Origin: Thermostichus sp. DRC_bins_24
Lineage (GTDB): Bacteria; Cyanobacteriota; Cyanobacteriia; Thermostichales; Thermostichaceae
Direction: 5' to 3'
NCBI GenBank assembly: GCA_039794845.1
Contig: JAUQVK010000093.1
Coordinates: 1 to 53,232, forward strand
DNA: 53,232 bases
Shown here: positions 23,258-33,906 of the stretch, piece after piece
Numbering within the stretch: the stretch's first letter is position 1
Layout of the letters: every line of letters starts with the position of its first letter
Notes under the pieces: generated by a model
What the model was told of the DNA's origin: nothing
Seen by the model: only the letters and a program-made list of their open reading frames with translations
Databases searched by the model: none
Position numbers and translations under genes: made by a program

Positions 23258-23316
23258 AGCCTGTCCAAATCCTAGAGAGCCTCAAGGTTTTACTGTCCTC
23301 TATCTGCTGCTAACCC

Positions 23317-24147
23317 ATGACTACCACACTTTCTTCCCCTATTTCTAAATCCAAAACTGTAAAAGTTGATCTGGCGAAATATCGGGATCAAATTCTGCCG
23401 CCAATCATCGGTATCGTCGGATTTTTGCTCATCTGGCAAATTTTAGCGAGTACCAATCTCATTCGGCTACCGGGGCCGTGGGATGTCTGGATGGATGAGC
23501 GGAGTCGCTATCTCATCCTTCACCCTCTGTATCGCAACAGTGACCTGGATCAGGGTCTCTTGCGGCAAACGTTGGCCAGCTTACAGCGGGTGGCGATTGG
23601 CTATTGCAGTGCCGGATTGGTGGGGATCGCCTTGGGCATTTTGGTGGGCAGCAGTGTTTGGATGAATCGAGCCTTGGATCCGATCTTTCAGTTCTTGCGC
23701 ATGGTCGCCCCTCTGGCCTGGGTACCGATTGCCCTAGCGGCCCTACGACGCAATGAGCCTGCTGCTCTGTTTGTGATTTTCATTACCTCCATTTGGCCAA
23801 TTTTAATTAACACCGCCGTAGGAGTACGACAGATCCCAGAGGATTACATCAACGTATCCAAGGTGCTCAAGCTCTCCAAAACAGACTTTTTCTTTAAGGT
23901 CTTGTTGCCCTCTGCCTTGCCCTATATGTTCACCGGTTTGCGAGTCGGCATTGGTCTATCTTGGTTGGCCATTATTGCGGCAGAAATTGTCATGTCGGGT
24001 GTGCCTGGGATTGGCTTTTTCATCTGGGATGCCTATCAGCAAAACTACGTAACGGAAATTATCGTTGCCGTTGTTTACATCGGGGCTGTGGGCTTGTTGC
24101 TGGATCGATTGATGGCAGCTCTACAGGCCAAAATAGCCAGTCGCTAG
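23317..24147 (+). CDS. cmpB: Bicarbonate ABC transporter permease
   Basis: QFLRMVAPLAWVP, WPILINTAVGV and WLAIIAAEIVMSG motifs; operon position. Confidence 0.92.
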   Translation: MTTTLSSPISKSKTVKVDLAKYRDQILPPIIGIVGFLLIWQILASTNLIRLPGPWDVWMDERSRYLILHPLYRNSDLDQGLLRQTLASLQRVAIGYCSAGLVGIALGILVGSSVWMNRALDPIFQFLRMVAPLAWVPIALAALRRNEPAALFVIFITSIWPILINTAVGVRQIPEDYINVSKVLKLSKTDFFFKVLLPSALPYMFTGLRVGIGLSWLAIIAAEIVMSGVPGIGFFIWDAYQQNYVTEIIVAVVYIGAVGLLLDRLMAALQAKIASR

Positions 24148-24191
24148 CTTTCCATTACAGGTGTAGATCGTTTCAAGAGATTTGAGGAGGT

Positions 24192-26198
24192 TTGGTTGTG
24201 TCTGCATTGGTAAATGTGGAGCAAGTAGAAAAGTCGTTTGGGTTGCCTGGAGGTCAGGAGTACCTCGCGCTCAAAGGGATCGATCTACAAATCCATCAAG
24301 GGGAGTTTGTTTCGCTGATTGGGCATTCTGGCTGCGGTAAATCCACCCTCTTGAACATGGTGGCGGGGTTGTCCCTGCCGACGGGTGGGGTTGTGGCTCT
24401 GGATGGACAAACCATCACCGCTCCGGGGCCAGATCGCATGGTGGTGTTTCAGCACTACTCGCTACTGCCGTGGCTAACGGTGCGACAAAACGTGGCTCTG
24501 GCGGTGAATGCGGTTTTGAAAAACTATTCCCAGACTGAGCGGCAACAGATTATCGAGGAGCACATTGATTTGGTAGGGCTACGTCATGCTGCCGATAAAC
24601 CCCCGGCCCAACTGTCTGGAGGAATGAAGCAGCGGGTGGCCATTGCGCGTGCCTTAGCTTTGCGGCCCAAGGTGTTGTTGTTGGATGAGCCATTTGGTGC
24701 TCTGGATGCCCTGACCCGAGGCAATTTACAAGAGCAATTGATGCGCATCTGTGAAGAACATCACATGACCACCATCATGGTCACCCATGATGTGGATGAG
24801 GCGGTGCTGCTCTCGGATCGGGTGGTGATGCTCACCAATGGGCCGGGATCCCGGATTGGCAATATCTTGACCATCGATATTCCTCGTCCACGGCGGCGAT
24901 TGGAGGTGGTGAATCACCCCAGCTACTACAGCTATCGCAGTGAGATCATCTACTTTTTGAATCAACAAAAACGAATCAAACAATGGCGTGCCCGCAAGGA
25001 GGCGGTAATCTCCCGGCATGGCCTAGAAAAGGTGAATTTGGACATTGGTTTTGTGCCCTTAACCGCCTGTGCACCGTTGGCAGTGGCCCGAGAAAAAGGC
25101 TTTTTTGCCAAACATGGCCTTGAAGAAGTGAACTTGGTGCGGGAAACCAGTTGGCGAGGGATCCAGGATGGCATCATCGGGGGCTACCTGGATGCAGCCC
25201 AAATGCCCGCCGGTATGCCCGTGTGGATGTCTTTGGGGGGGGGAGATAATCCCCCGCAGCCGATCGTTACGGCCCTGACCCTCACCCGCAATGGCAACGC
25301 CATCACCCTGCACAAACGCTTTTACGAGCAAGGGATCCATACCCTCAGCCAACTCAAGGCTTACATTCTGGATAGTCCCAGCCGTCAGCTCACCTTTGGG
25401 GTCGTGCACCCCAGCTCGATGCACAATTTGCTGTTGCGCTACTGGCTGGCCGCCGGCGGGATCCATCCGGATCAAGATGTGGTGCTAAAAACCCTGCCCC
25501 CGGCCCAAATGGTGGCCAACCTCACGGCGGGCAACATCGATGGCTACTGTGTGGGAGAGCCCTGGAATTTGCGGGCCGCCCTCGAAGGCAGCGGCTTTAC
25601 GGTGGCCACGGATCTGGAAATTTGGCTGGGGCATCCCGGCAAGGTGCTGGGGGTGCGGGAGGAGTGGGCGCGGGCCTACCCCAATACCCACATCGCCCTG
25701 GTCAAGGCCCTCATGGAAGCCTGTCGCTATTGCGAAGATCCGGCCCATCAGGAGGAAATTCGGGAGTTGCTGAGTCGGCGCGCCTATCTGAGTACGGACA
25801 AAAGCTACATCCATCTGGGGGATCCCCATCGCATCACCTGCGACCTGGACACCCCCATGCGAGAATATGCCCACCATCAGTTCTTTTTGGGGGCCGGCAA
25901 CCGCCCTAGCCGTACTGAGCACCTGTGGATGATGACCCAGATGGCCCGTTGGGGGGATCTGCCTTTTCCCCGCAATTGGGTGGAGATCCTGGAGCGGGTG
26001 TGTCAAGTGGGGGTCTTCAGTACGGCGGCCCGTGAGCTGGGCATTGATGTGTCTTATCAACGGCACCCCATTCAATTGTTTGACGGTGTTCCCTTTAATG
26101 GGGAGGATCCCGTGGCTTATTTGAATAGCTTGCCGATCAAACATGACATCTATATGGCAGAGGTAGCTTTGGATCGTCGCCCATTGGTGTTGTCATAG
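24192..26198 (+). CDS. cmpC: Bicarbonate ABC transporter ATP-binding protein with C-terminal substrate-binding-like domain
   Basis: [16 protein letters not shown] and LLLDEPF motifs, plus an NrtA/CmpA-like C-terminal domain; 668 aa. Confidence 0.92.
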   Translation: MVVSALVNVEQVEKSFGLPGGQEYLALKGIDLQIHQGEFVSLIGHSGCGKSTLLNMVAGLSLPTGGVVALDGQTITAPGPDRMVVFQHYSLLPWLTVRQNVALAVNAVLKNYSQTERQQIIEEHIDLVGLRHAADKPPAQLSGGMKQRVAIARALALRPKVLLLDEPFGALDALTRGNLQEQLMRICEEHHMTTIMVTHDVDEAVLLSDRVVMLTNGPGSRIGNILTIDIPRPRRRLEVVNHPSYYSYRSEIIYFLNQQKRIKQWRARKEAVISRHGLEKVNLDIGFVPLTACAPLAVAREKGFFAKHGLEEVNLVRETSWRGIQDGIIGGYLDAAQMPAGMPVWMSLGGGDNPPQPIVTALTLTRNGNAITLHKRFYEQGIHTLSQLKAYILDSPSRQLTFGVVHPSSMHNLLLRYWLAAGGIHPDQDVVLKTLPPAQMVANLTAGNIDGYCVGEPWNLRAALEGSGFTVATDLEIWLGHPGKVLGVREEWARAYPNTHIALVKALMEACRYCEDPAHQEEIRELLSRRAYLSTDKSYIHLGDPHRITCDLDTPMREYAHHQFFLGAGNRPSRTEHLWMMTQMARWGDLPFPRNWVEILERVCQVGVFSTAARELGIDVSYQRHPIQLFDGVPFNGEDPVAYLNSLPIKHDIYMAEVALDRRPLVLS

Positions 26199-26289
26199 TC
26201 CTCATCATCCAACCAACTCTATTCAAGCCTCAAATTCCTCTTTTTCCCTCAATCAACTGCAAGACTTCTTTGCTCAGGAGCAAGCTAAA

Positions 26290-27126
26290 ATGACAGCCAT
26301 CTTAACCAATGCTGCCAAAACCCAAATCGCCCTCAAACCTTACTTACACATTGAAAAGGTCAGTAAAACCTACCCTACCCCTAAGGGAGACTATCCGGTT
26401 TTGCGAGATATTAATCTAACCATTCAGGAGGGGGAATTTGTCTGCTTAATCGGGCACTCCGGCTGTGGTAAAACCACCCTTCTGAATATGGTGTCTGGTT
26501 TTGCTCAGCCGACGAGTGGATCCGTACAGCTCAAAGGAAAAGTGATTACGGCTCCGGGGCCGGATCGCATGGTGGTGTTCCAGGGTTATGCTCTGCTACC
26601 TTGGCTGACGGTTTTTGAAAATGTGTATTTGGCAGTTCAGTCGGTCTTTCCCCAGAAAAGCCCATCAGAAAAACACCAAATTGTGGAAGACCATCTGCGC
26701 TTGGTGGGCTTAGGGGAAGCCGCCCAAAAGTATCCCCCGCAAATCTCGGGAGGGATGAAACAGCGGGTGGCGATTGCTCGTGCTCTGGCCATTCGCCCAG
26801 AAGTGTTGATCTTGGATGAACCTTTTGGTGCCCTCGATGCCATCACCAAAGAAGAATTGCAGGAGGAATTGCTGCGAATTTGGAATGATCATCGTTGTAC
26901 GGTTTTGATGATTACCCATGATATTGATGAGGCTCTTTTTTTGGCAGATCGATTGGTGCTGATGACCAACGGCCCGGCGGCCACCATCGGCCAAGTGATC
27001 GATATTCCCTTTGCTCGTCCCCGCGACCGGGAGCGCATCTTAGAGGATCCGCAATACTATCGTCTGCGCAACGCCATCCTGAGTTATCTCTATGGGCATG
27101 AAGCCAATCCAGAAGCCGCCCACTAG
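26290..27126 (+). CDS. cmpD: Bicarbonate ABC transporter ATP-binding protein
   Basis: GHSGCGKT, ISGGMKQR and [16 protein letters not shown] motifs. Confidence 0.92.
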   Translation: MTAILTNAAKTQIALKPYLHIEKVSKTYPTPKGDYPVLRDINLTIQEGEFVCLIGHSGCGKTTLLNMVSGFAQPTSGSVQLKGKVITAPGPDRMVVFQGYALLPWLTVFENVYLAVQSVFPQKSPSEKHQIVEDHLRLVGLGEAAQKYPPQISGGMKQRVAIARALAIRPEVLILDEPFGALDAITKEELQEELLRIWNDHRCTVLMITHDIDEALFLADRLVLMTNGPAATIGQVIDIPFARPRDRERILEDPQYYRLRNAILSYLYGHEANPEAAH

Positions 27127-27191
27127 CAGATCAGAGCCGCCCCGTAGAGCTGTCGCCATAGGTAAAAGTTGGATTTGGAGAACCATAAGCC

Positions 27192-27860
27192 ATGTCGCGT
27201 GTCTATCCCTATCAACCTGTTTTGCTGCGCGTAGTGCATGGTGTTGCTGCGGTACTGACTGTTTTAGCCCTCATTTCGGGCTTTTGGGTTTACAACACCT
27301 ATGACAAACGTTGGGGCGGTCTTCCTTTACCCAGGCTGGCAGATATACAGGGTATTCACGGCACCATTGCTCTAACCTTCCTGATAATTTTACCCGTTTT
27401 TGCTCTTTATAGCTTTCATCTTGGCTATCGTCGTTTAATCCAGGAGCAATCACTGAGTCAGCTCAAACAACCCGGCAAACCAGTGTTTTGGCTCTCCATC
27501 CACCACTTGATCAATACCCTGATGCTGCTTGCCGTAACCCTTGCGGTTGTGACAGGTCGAATGATGAAAGAAGAATGGCTTCCCGCTGGAGAGATCAATC
27601 ATGCGTGGTATTTGGCGCATTTAATAGCCTGGGTAGGTGTGTTCATCAGTATTGCCCTGCATCTGCTGATGGGCGCGAAAGTTGGTGGAGTGCCCCTGCT
27701 ACTATCCATGTTCCATTGGAAAGTCAGAGATGGAGACTTCCCTCCCTTTTGGCTGAAAGGGATCAAGATTAAACACTCTAGCCTGCTCTTGAAATCCATA
27801 GAGTTTGTTGTCATTGGAGGGATTGTCTTGGCATTTGTTTTGCCAGTTCTTGATGCGTGA
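27192..27860 (+). CDS. Cytochrome b/b6-domain membrane protein
   Basis: Four to five TM helices carrying His residues (RVVHG, QGIHG, SIHH, LAHL, ALHL). Confidence 0.8.
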   Translation: MSRVYPYQPVLLRVVHGVAAVLTVLALISGFWVYNTYDKRWGGLPLPRLADIQGIHGTIALTFLIILPVFALYSFHLGYRRLIQEQSLSQLKQPGKPVFWLSIHHLINTLMLLAVTLAVVTGRMMKEEWLPAGEINHAWYLAHLIAWVGVFISIALHLLMGAKVGGVPLLLSMFHWKVRDGDFPPFWLKGIKIKHSSLLLKSIEFVVIGGIVLAFVLPVLDA

Positions 27861-27875
27861 AGTACCCGATGCTCA

Positions 27876-27900
27876 TCTCGCTACGCGGGGTGCGGAGCAC
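27876..27900 (+). repeat. 25-nt small dispersed repeat, also found inside MITE copy 2 (13653-13677)
   Basis: tctcgctacgcggggtgcggagcac versus tctcgctccgcgaggtgcggagcac, 2 mismatches. Confidence 0.7.
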
Positions 27901-28006
27901 CATCGCAAGCAACGGGGCGCGGTTTTCTCCAATCAACTGCGACAGCTTCGGAAAGGGTAGACTTGTGCCTGCTTTCTTCTGGTCTTATGGTCATTCGCCG
28001 AAACAG

Positions 28007-28072
28007 CTCCCTCACCCCCTTTGCACAGTGTGGCACCGACCGCAGTCCCTTTCCCAGAGCGGGAGAGGGGAG
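28007..28072 (+). repeat. REP-like element CCCTCACCCC...CCCT(C/T)TCCC-GGGAGAGGG with an internal insertion
   Basis: ctccctcaccccc-(insert)-agtccctttcccagagcgggagaggggag between convergent genes. Confidence 0.55.
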
Positions 28073-28154
28073 TTAGAAAGTGTATTGTTCTTATTGTTCT
28101 TATGTATTGTTCTCATTCGGAGTGACCATGTCCTGAAATCCTGGCGGCGGCCCG

Positions 28155-28976
28155 CTACCCACCGGAGTAAGCGTTGAGCAACTGCATACAGTAGAACACC
28201 AGCGGCGCTGTGAACACGTAGCTATCCCCCCGATCCAAAATGCCGCCATGCCCCGGGATCAGATCCCCGGAATCTTTGACTCCGGCATCCCGCTTCATCA
28301 AGGATTCTGTTAAATCTCCCAGCAAGCTGGTCAACCCGATCAAAAACCCCAATACCCCGCCACTCAGCCAGCCCCAAGGCCAGCCCAGATAATAGGCCCC
28401 GCCCACTGCAAGCGCCATACTGGCGGCAATGCCTGCCACCGCCCCTTCCACGGTTTTTTTCGGGCTGAGGACGGAGAGCTTGGTGCGCCCAAAGGCCCGG
28501 CCACACAGATAGGCCCCCACATCCGCGGCGATCACACAGCCTATCGCCAACAGGGTAATCCGCAAGCCTTCGCCGATCCCCTCCGAAAGGGGCAAAGCCC
28601 GTACCCGAATCCAGAAGCTCGGCAACAAGGCACAGTAGAACAATCCCAAGATCGAGGTGGCAATATCGGCAATGGTGGCCACTTTCGGCTTAAAAAGCAG
28701 ATAGAAGCAGATGACGGATCCCGCCACGATGAACGCAGGGCTGGTCCATTCCGGTTTCGCCTGCTGCAAAAGCACCAAGATCTGGCTGGAAAACATGGTG
28801 GTGCGCATGGCCGGGGCATTGCCTTTCGCCTGAACCAAGCGGAAAAACTCCAGTTGGGCCAAAAAGATGATCAGCCCAATTGCTGCCGTAAAATACCAAC
28901 CCCCCAGAATGGTGACCATCAGGGCAAACAGCATCGCCGCCAAGCCGCTGACCCAACGTGCTCCCATCATGCGCAT
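28155..28976 (-). CDS. cdsA: Phosphatidate cytidylyltransferase
   Basis: SPKKTVEG and GDLTESLMKRDAGVKDSG.LIPGHGGILDR.DS motifs. Confidence 0.97.
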   Translation of the reverse strand: MRMMGARWVSGLAAMLFALMVTILGGWYFTAAIGLIIFLAQLEFFRLVQAKGNAPAMRTTMFSSQILVLLQQAKPEWTSPAFIVAGSVICFYLLFKPKVATIADIATSILGLFYCALLPSFWIRVRALPLSEGIGEGLRITLLAIGCVIAADVGAYLCGRAFGRTKLSVLSPKKTVEGAVAGIAASMALAVGGAYYLGWPWGWLSGGVLGFLIGLTSLLGDLTESLMKRDAGVKDSGDLIPGHGGILDRGDSYVFTAPLVFYCMQLLNAYSGG

Positions 28977-29277
28977 CCGGTGACGTTAGCTTGCCGAACA
29001 GCCCTTGGCTCGAGCATGGGTTCCAAACCAAAATTCAAACCGAAAGCAGAATTGGCCCCGGCCAGGATCCCTGCTTCTTCCGTCTCTGAATGCCACTGCT
29101 GCAATGGAAAAGCCTCTTGCCCTAGCCTCTCAGTTTAACCCTCTCGACCCCAGAACAACCTCTGGGGCCCTGTACTTCAAGGGATCCCTCTCTGTGAGGT
29201 GGCAAGGCTGCAATCTGGCTGGAGCGTGTGATAATTGATAGACCGCAAAGATTTGTCACCCTTGGCCCTACTTCAGC

Positions 29278-30279
29278 ATGGTTCAGGAACTCACACCTCC
29301 TTTGGCTACAGCTCGCATTTCTGCCGAACAAGCCCGCATTCTTTACCAAGACATGACACTAGGCCGTCTGTTCGAGGACAAGTGCGCCGAGATGTACTAC
29401 AAGGGCAAGATGTTTGGCTTTGTGCATCTGTACAACGGTCAGGAGGCGGTTTCCACCGGGGTGATCAAGGCGCTGAAATCTAGCGATTACGTGTGCAGCA
29501 CCTACCGGGATCACGTCCATGCCCTCAGCACCGGGATCCCGGCGCGAGCGGTCATGGCAGAACTGTTCGGCAAGGCCACCGGGTGCAGCAAGGGTCGAGG
29601 GGGTTCGATGCACCTGTTCTCGGCAGAGCACAACTTCCTCGGAGGCTATGCCTTTGTTGCCGAAGGGATCCCTGTTGCCACCGGGGCAGCTTTTTCCGCT
29701 AAATATCGCGGCACTGACCAAGTCACCGCCTGTTTCTTCGGGGATGGGGCCTGCAACAACGGCCAATTTTACGAATGCTTAAATATGGCCGCCCTTTGGA
29801 AATTGCCGATTTTGTACGTGGTGGAAAACAACTTCTGGGCTATCGGCATGGCCCATGAGCGTGCCACCTCCGATACCGATATTTATCGTAAGGGTCCAGC
29901 CTTTGGCATGCCTGGATATCAGATTGACGGCATGGATGTGCTGGCGGTGCGAGAAGCTGCTGAAAAAGCCATCGAACGGGCCCGAGCTGGAGAAGGCCCT
30001 ACTTTGCTTGAGTGCATCACCTATCGTTTTCGGGGGCACTCCCTCGCCGACCCAGACGAGTTGCGTAGCCCGGAAGACAAAGAGTTTTGGCGGCAACGGG
30101 ATCCGATTAAACAGCTGGAGCGCTACGCCCTAGAACACAAGCTGATGAGCGAATCGGAATTTCAGGCCATCCAAGCGGAGACAACGGCGCTGATCGAAGA
30201 TGCCGTCACCTTTGCTCTGGAAAGCCCAGAGCCCACCTTGGATGAGCTGTACCGCTTTGTCTTCGCGGAAGATGAGTAG
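29278..30279 (+). CDS. pdhA: Pyruvate dehydrogenase E1 subunit alpha
   Basis: GRGGSMH, GDGA...NN (TPP motif) and [12 protein letters not shown]. Confidence 0.98.
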   Translation: MVQELTPPLATARISAEQARILYQDMTLGRLFEDKCAEMYYKGKMFGFVHLYNGQEAVSTGVIKALKSSDYVCSTYRDHVHALSTGIPARAVMAELFGKATGCSKGRGGSMHLFSAEHNFLGGYAFVAEGIPVATGAAFSAKYRGTDQVTACFFGDGACNNGQFYECLNMAALWKLPILYVVENNFWAIGMAHERATSDTDIYRKGPAFGMPGYQIDGMDVLAVREAAEKAIERARAGEGPTLLECITYRFRGHSLADPDELRSPEDKEFWRQRDPIKQLERYALEHKLMSESEFQAIQAETTALIEDAVTFALESPEPTLDELYRFVFAEDE

Positions 30280-30583
30280 GTTCTAGGCTTGGTCGGCTGG
30301 TCCTACCGCGGCTCTTCGACTGAAGGATTGGCCTCAACGCATCTTCACGATTGAACCTTGGACCGGAGCAGCTCAAGCGGCTCAAAGCATTCCACTAATC
30401 TGGCCCTTTGGGAGCCAGCCCCGTTTGGCTGCGGCGATCCATAGGATTTTCTTACTGCTTAACATAAGAACATTCTTTGTAAGATTTGCGCAACAGCACA
30501 GTCATTCCTGTCAATACAGCTTTCCATTTGTTTACAGAGCTTCATATAATCAGAATGCAGAGCATAAGTATTTATTCCTGGTC

Positions 30584-32170
30584 ATGAGCAATTCCCTTGA
30601 GTTTCCCTGGCTGACGACGCTGGTGCTCCTGCCGATGCTGGCAGCTTTTGGGATCCCCTTGATCCCCCAGAGCCGTTGGGTTCGTTGGTATGCCCTCGCA
30701 GTGGGGGTTCTGGACTTGGGCCTGATGATCTACGCTTTTGGGCGGCACTACGATCTCCAGAATTTCTCCCTGCAACTGGCGGAGCGCTATGCCTGGGTGC
30801 CTCAAATTGGGTTTGACTGGTCGCTGGCGGTGGATGGGCTTTCTTTGCCATTGGTACTGCTGTCGGGATTGCTCACCACCCTCTCGGTGGTGGCTGCGTG
30901 GAATGTGACCAATAAGCCACGCCTGTTTTTCTTCCTGCTGCTGTTGATGTATAGCGCCCAGGTGGGGGTGTTTCTGGCGCAGGATATGCTTCTTTTCTTC
31001 TTGATGTGGGAGATCGAGCTGGTGCCGGTGTATTTGCTCATCTCCATTTGGGGTGGGCCGAATCGCCAGTACGCGGCCACCAAGTTCATTCTTTACACAG
31101 CCGCTGCCTCGATTTTCATTTTGGTGGGATCCCTGGCCATGGCCTTCTACGGTGAAGGCTTCAGCCTAGATATGGCGGAGCTGAGCACCAAGCACTACCC
31201 GATCGCCCTGGAATTGTTTGTGTACGCCGGCTTGCTCATTGCCTTTGGGGTGAAGCTGCCGATTTTCCCCCTGCACACTTGGCTGCCGGATGCCCACAGT
31301 GAAGCCTCTGCTCCCATTTCCATGATTTTGGCCGGGGTGCTGCTGAAGATGGGGGGCTACGGTCTGATCCGCATGAATGTGGGCATGTTGTCTGAGGCAC
31401 ATGTGTATTTTGCCCCGGTGCTGGCGGTGTTGGGGGTGGTGAACATCATTTATGGAGCGCTGGCAGCCTTTGGGCAAAGCCACCTGAAGCGGCGCTTGGC
31501 CTACTCTTCCATCGCCCACATGGGCTTTGTGCTGATCGGCATTTCGGCCTTCACAGAGCTGGGCATCAATGGGGCCCTGTTGCAGATGATCTCCCATGGT
31601 CTGATCGCGGCAGCCCTGTTTTTCCTGACGGGGATTACCTACGAGCGCACCCACACCCTTTCTCTAGACAAGCTAGGGGGGTTGGCCAAGCAAATGCCGA
31701 AGGCCTTCGCCCTGTTTACGGCGGGATCCCTGGCTTCTTTGGCTCTGCCGGGGATGAGCGGCTTTGTCGGTGAGCTAACGGTGTTTCTGGGACTGACCAC
31801 CAGCGATGCCTACACGCCCACTTTCAAGGCTGGGATCGCCCTGCTGGCTGCCGTCGGGATCATCCTTACCCCCATTTACTTGCTGTCGATGTTGCGGCAG
31901 GTGTTCTACGGGGCTCAGGATCCGGGCTTGGTGATAGAGAACTACCTAGGTGATGTGCGCCCACGGGAGATGGCCGTTGCCCTCTGTCTGCTTCTGCCGA
32001 TCATCGGTATTGGTCTTTACCCCCGCATGGCCACCCAAACCTACGATGTGACAGCAGTGGCGGTGGCTTCGCAGGTGCGCAGTGTGTTGCCGACTGAAAT
32101 TGTGCAACAACCCTTCTTCCCCTTCCCGGTTCAGCCGGCTCAGGTGGCGGTACTGCCCTTGGAAGATTGA
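30584..32170 (+). CDS. ndhD: NAD(P)H-quinone oxidoreductase subunit 4 (NdhD1/D2 type)
   Basis: FPWLT N-terminus, [25 protein letters not shown] and [10 protein letters not shown] motifs. Start placed at ATG 30584. Confidence 0.95.
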   Translation: MSNSLEFPWLTTLVLLPMLAAFGIPLIPQSRWVRWYALAVGVLDLGLMIYAFGRHYDLQNFSLQLAERYAWVPQIGFDWSLAVDGLSLPLVLLSGLLTTLSVVAAWNVTNKPRLFFFLLLLMYSAQVGVFLAQDMLLFFLMWEIELVPVYLLISIWGGPNRQYAATKFILYTAAASIFILVGSLAMAFYGEGFSLDMAELSTKHYPIALELFVYAGLLIAFGVKLPIFPLHTWLPDAHSEASAPISMILAGVLLKMGGYGLIRMNVGMLSEAHVYFAPVLAVLGVVNIIYGALAAFGQSHLKRRLAYSSIAHMGFVLIGISAFTELGINGALLQMISHGLIAAALFFLTGITYERTHTLSLDKLGGLAKQMPKAFALFTAGSLASLALPGMSGFVGELTVFLGLTTSDAYTPTFKAGIALLAAVGIILTPIYLLSMLRQVFYGAQDPGLVIENYLGDVRPREMAVALCLLLPIIGIGLYPRMATQTYDVTAVAVASQVRSVLPTEIVQQPFFPFPVQPAQVAVLPLED

Positions 32171-32207
32171 GGGATCCTATCGTCTCAACCCCTTGCTTTC
32201 TCGTCAG

Positions 32208-32255
32208 AAGAGCTGTAGTTTGAGTCACTTTCGGGCTCAGATTTCAGCTCTTTTT
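32208..32255 (+). terminator. Intrinsic terminator after ndhD
   Basis: Long stem aagagctg...cagctctt followed by a T run. Confidence 0.7.
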
Positions 32256-32330
32256 CCGTATCTAAGGGTTGCTTCCGAGTCCGGGATTGTTGGGTAGGGA
32301 ATCCTCCCAGACCCAAGGCGGACAGAGACT

Positions 32331-32510
32331 TTAGCGGTGCTCGGAGTGCATGGAGGTTTGTTCCATGAGGTTCAGCTGCACCACCAACCACCACAGGGTT
32401 ACATCCGAATAGGTAGCCCGGCACTTGAGCCGAGAAATGGAGTGCACCGGATTTTGGTTGTCGATCATCCACTCAGAAGCGATGATTTGACTACGTTGTT
32501 GGGCGTTCAT
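32331..32510 (-). CDS. Small hypothetical protein (59 aa)
   Basis: ATG preceded by GGAGGGAG, an AT-rich promoter-like region upstream and a hairpin downstream. Confidence 0.55.
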   Translation of the reverse strand: MNAQQRSQIIASEWMIDNQNPVHSISRLKCRATYSDVTLWWLVVQLNLMEQTSMHSEHR

Positions 32511-32822
32511 TTGTTCTCCCTCCACTCGCCGACTACCTATACTTAGGATGGCGAATCTCCTCAGGAGTGTGTGAAAAAATATATTACGCAGCAACACTCA
32601 ACGGCAGCCAACTTTCTTAGCAATTACAGACTCTAGGCCCGCCAAGTCAGCAGATGGCTCGCCAGAGATGCCAGATTTCTTGAGAAGACGAAAGAAAAAC
32701 TTTGCAAAAGTGGCAAAATATTGGGCAAGTTGATTGTCTTTGCCTTCATAAGTCTTAAGATCTAGGGATGCTCAATATTCTCCTCCCTCGGCCTTGAGCG
32801 CTTACCTCCTCCCCTTTGCCAG

Positions 32823-33470
32823 TTGCCTCGAGTAGAACCCATGCGAGCTCTCTCTTCGCGCACTCCCTTCCAACCGCGTGCTGCCCTTGGGGAAGTGGTG
32901 GAGGCCAGCACCACAACTTTTGTAGCCCAGTGTTTTGAGCCGGAACGGTTGACCTTTCCCACCATGCCTGCCCTCGGCAGTTGGACGCGCTCTCAAGACG
33001 AAGAGACGGGCAATCTCATTTACGGAGTGGTTTGTCACGCGGCCATTACCCCCATTGATACGGTGCACCGTGCCAGAGCTCTAGGGCTGTCTGCTCAGGA
33101 GCTCCGGGAACAACAGCCCCAGATTTTCGCCATGTTGCGTACCGACTTCCGCTCGGCCATCGTCGGCTTTGTCAGCGAGGGGCGCATCCATCAATACTTG
33201 CCGCCACGGCCCCCCCAAATTCACCAGCCGGTCTACCGTTGTTCTGAGACAGAGGTGGCGGAGTTTTGCCGCTCTTTCGAGTTTTTGCGGACTTTATTGC
33301 AAGTGAGCGGGATCCCCGCCGATGAGTTGGTGGCCGCCGTCATTCGCCAGAGCTACCGAATCCTAAATCGGGATCGCAACTGGCTGCTACAGGCCGGGCG
33401 GCAGTTGAGCTCGCTGTTGCGGGATGATTATGAGCATCTCAGCGCAATTTTACGAAAGATTGAAGCCTAA
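32823..33470 (+). CDS. HAS-barrel domain protein (cyanobacterial)
   Basis: GEVVEASTTTFVAQC, PIDTVHRARALGLS and QYLPPRPPQIHQ motifs; start uncertain (ATG 32841 possible). Confidence 0.85.
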   Translation: MPRVEPMRALSSRTPFQPRAALGEVVEASTTTFVAQCFEPERLTFPTMPALGSWTRSQDEETGNLIYGVVCHAAITPIDTVHRARALGLSAQELREQQPQIFAMLRTDFRSAIVGFVSEGRIHQYLPPRPPQIHQPVYRCSETEVAEFCRSFEFLRTLLQVSGIPADELVAAVIRQSYRILNRDRNWLLQAGRQLSSLLRDDYEHLSAILRKIEA

Positions 33471-33574
33471 GCGAAGAAATATTGAGGATGGTTTTACCCC
33501 CGGCCTGAGGGTGATAGTCTGAGGCGGTTTCCCAATGGATTCGTCCCTTTTGTTTCTCCATTTCTTGCGTAAAG

Positions 33575-33769
33575 ATGTTTAACAAATTCAACCCCTCCGA
33601 CAAACCTTCCAAAGGCAATTGGGCTGGCCGCACCTTTTCCGCTGCTGTGGGCGCTTCGGTGGCAGCCGGTGCTTGCATTGCCCATGGTCAACCTGCTTAT
33701 GTGTCGCTGTTGGTGGCCAGTTGCGCGACGGTGTTTGCCCTCGTTTTGGATGAGATGGGCTGGATTTAG
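33575..33769 (+). CDS. Small two-helix membrane protein (64 aa)
   Basis: ATG ORF with two Ala-rich hydrophobic helices around GQP; fills the intergenic gap. Confidence 0.7.
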   Translation: MFNKFNPSDKPSKGNWAGRTFSAAVGASVAAGACIAHGQPAYVSLLVASCATVFALVLDEMGWI

Positions 33770-33906
33770 TCATTCAGGCTCGTTTTTTTAACCTTGGTGA
33801 GCCAATCTGTGGCTGCACAGACAGCTAGCTCAAGAGTGGGATCCCTATTTGTCCGAATTTGTCCGGGTTGAGGGCTTGGGCTAGGGGATCCCTACGTGTG
33901 ATTGGG

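Noticed and set aside
21494..27126. Nitrate transporter nrtABCD
   Set aside because: The binding-protein motifs are CmpA-type, there is no GTA-N8-TAC upstream and no nirA or narB adjacent, and a LysR box is present instead.
30425..30583. 53-aa N-terminal extension of NdhD and possible LysR/HLR1 sites
   Set aside because: The family N-terminus starts at [11 protein letters not shown], so the extension is probably AT-rich promoter DNA. The motif matches there are too degenerate to call.
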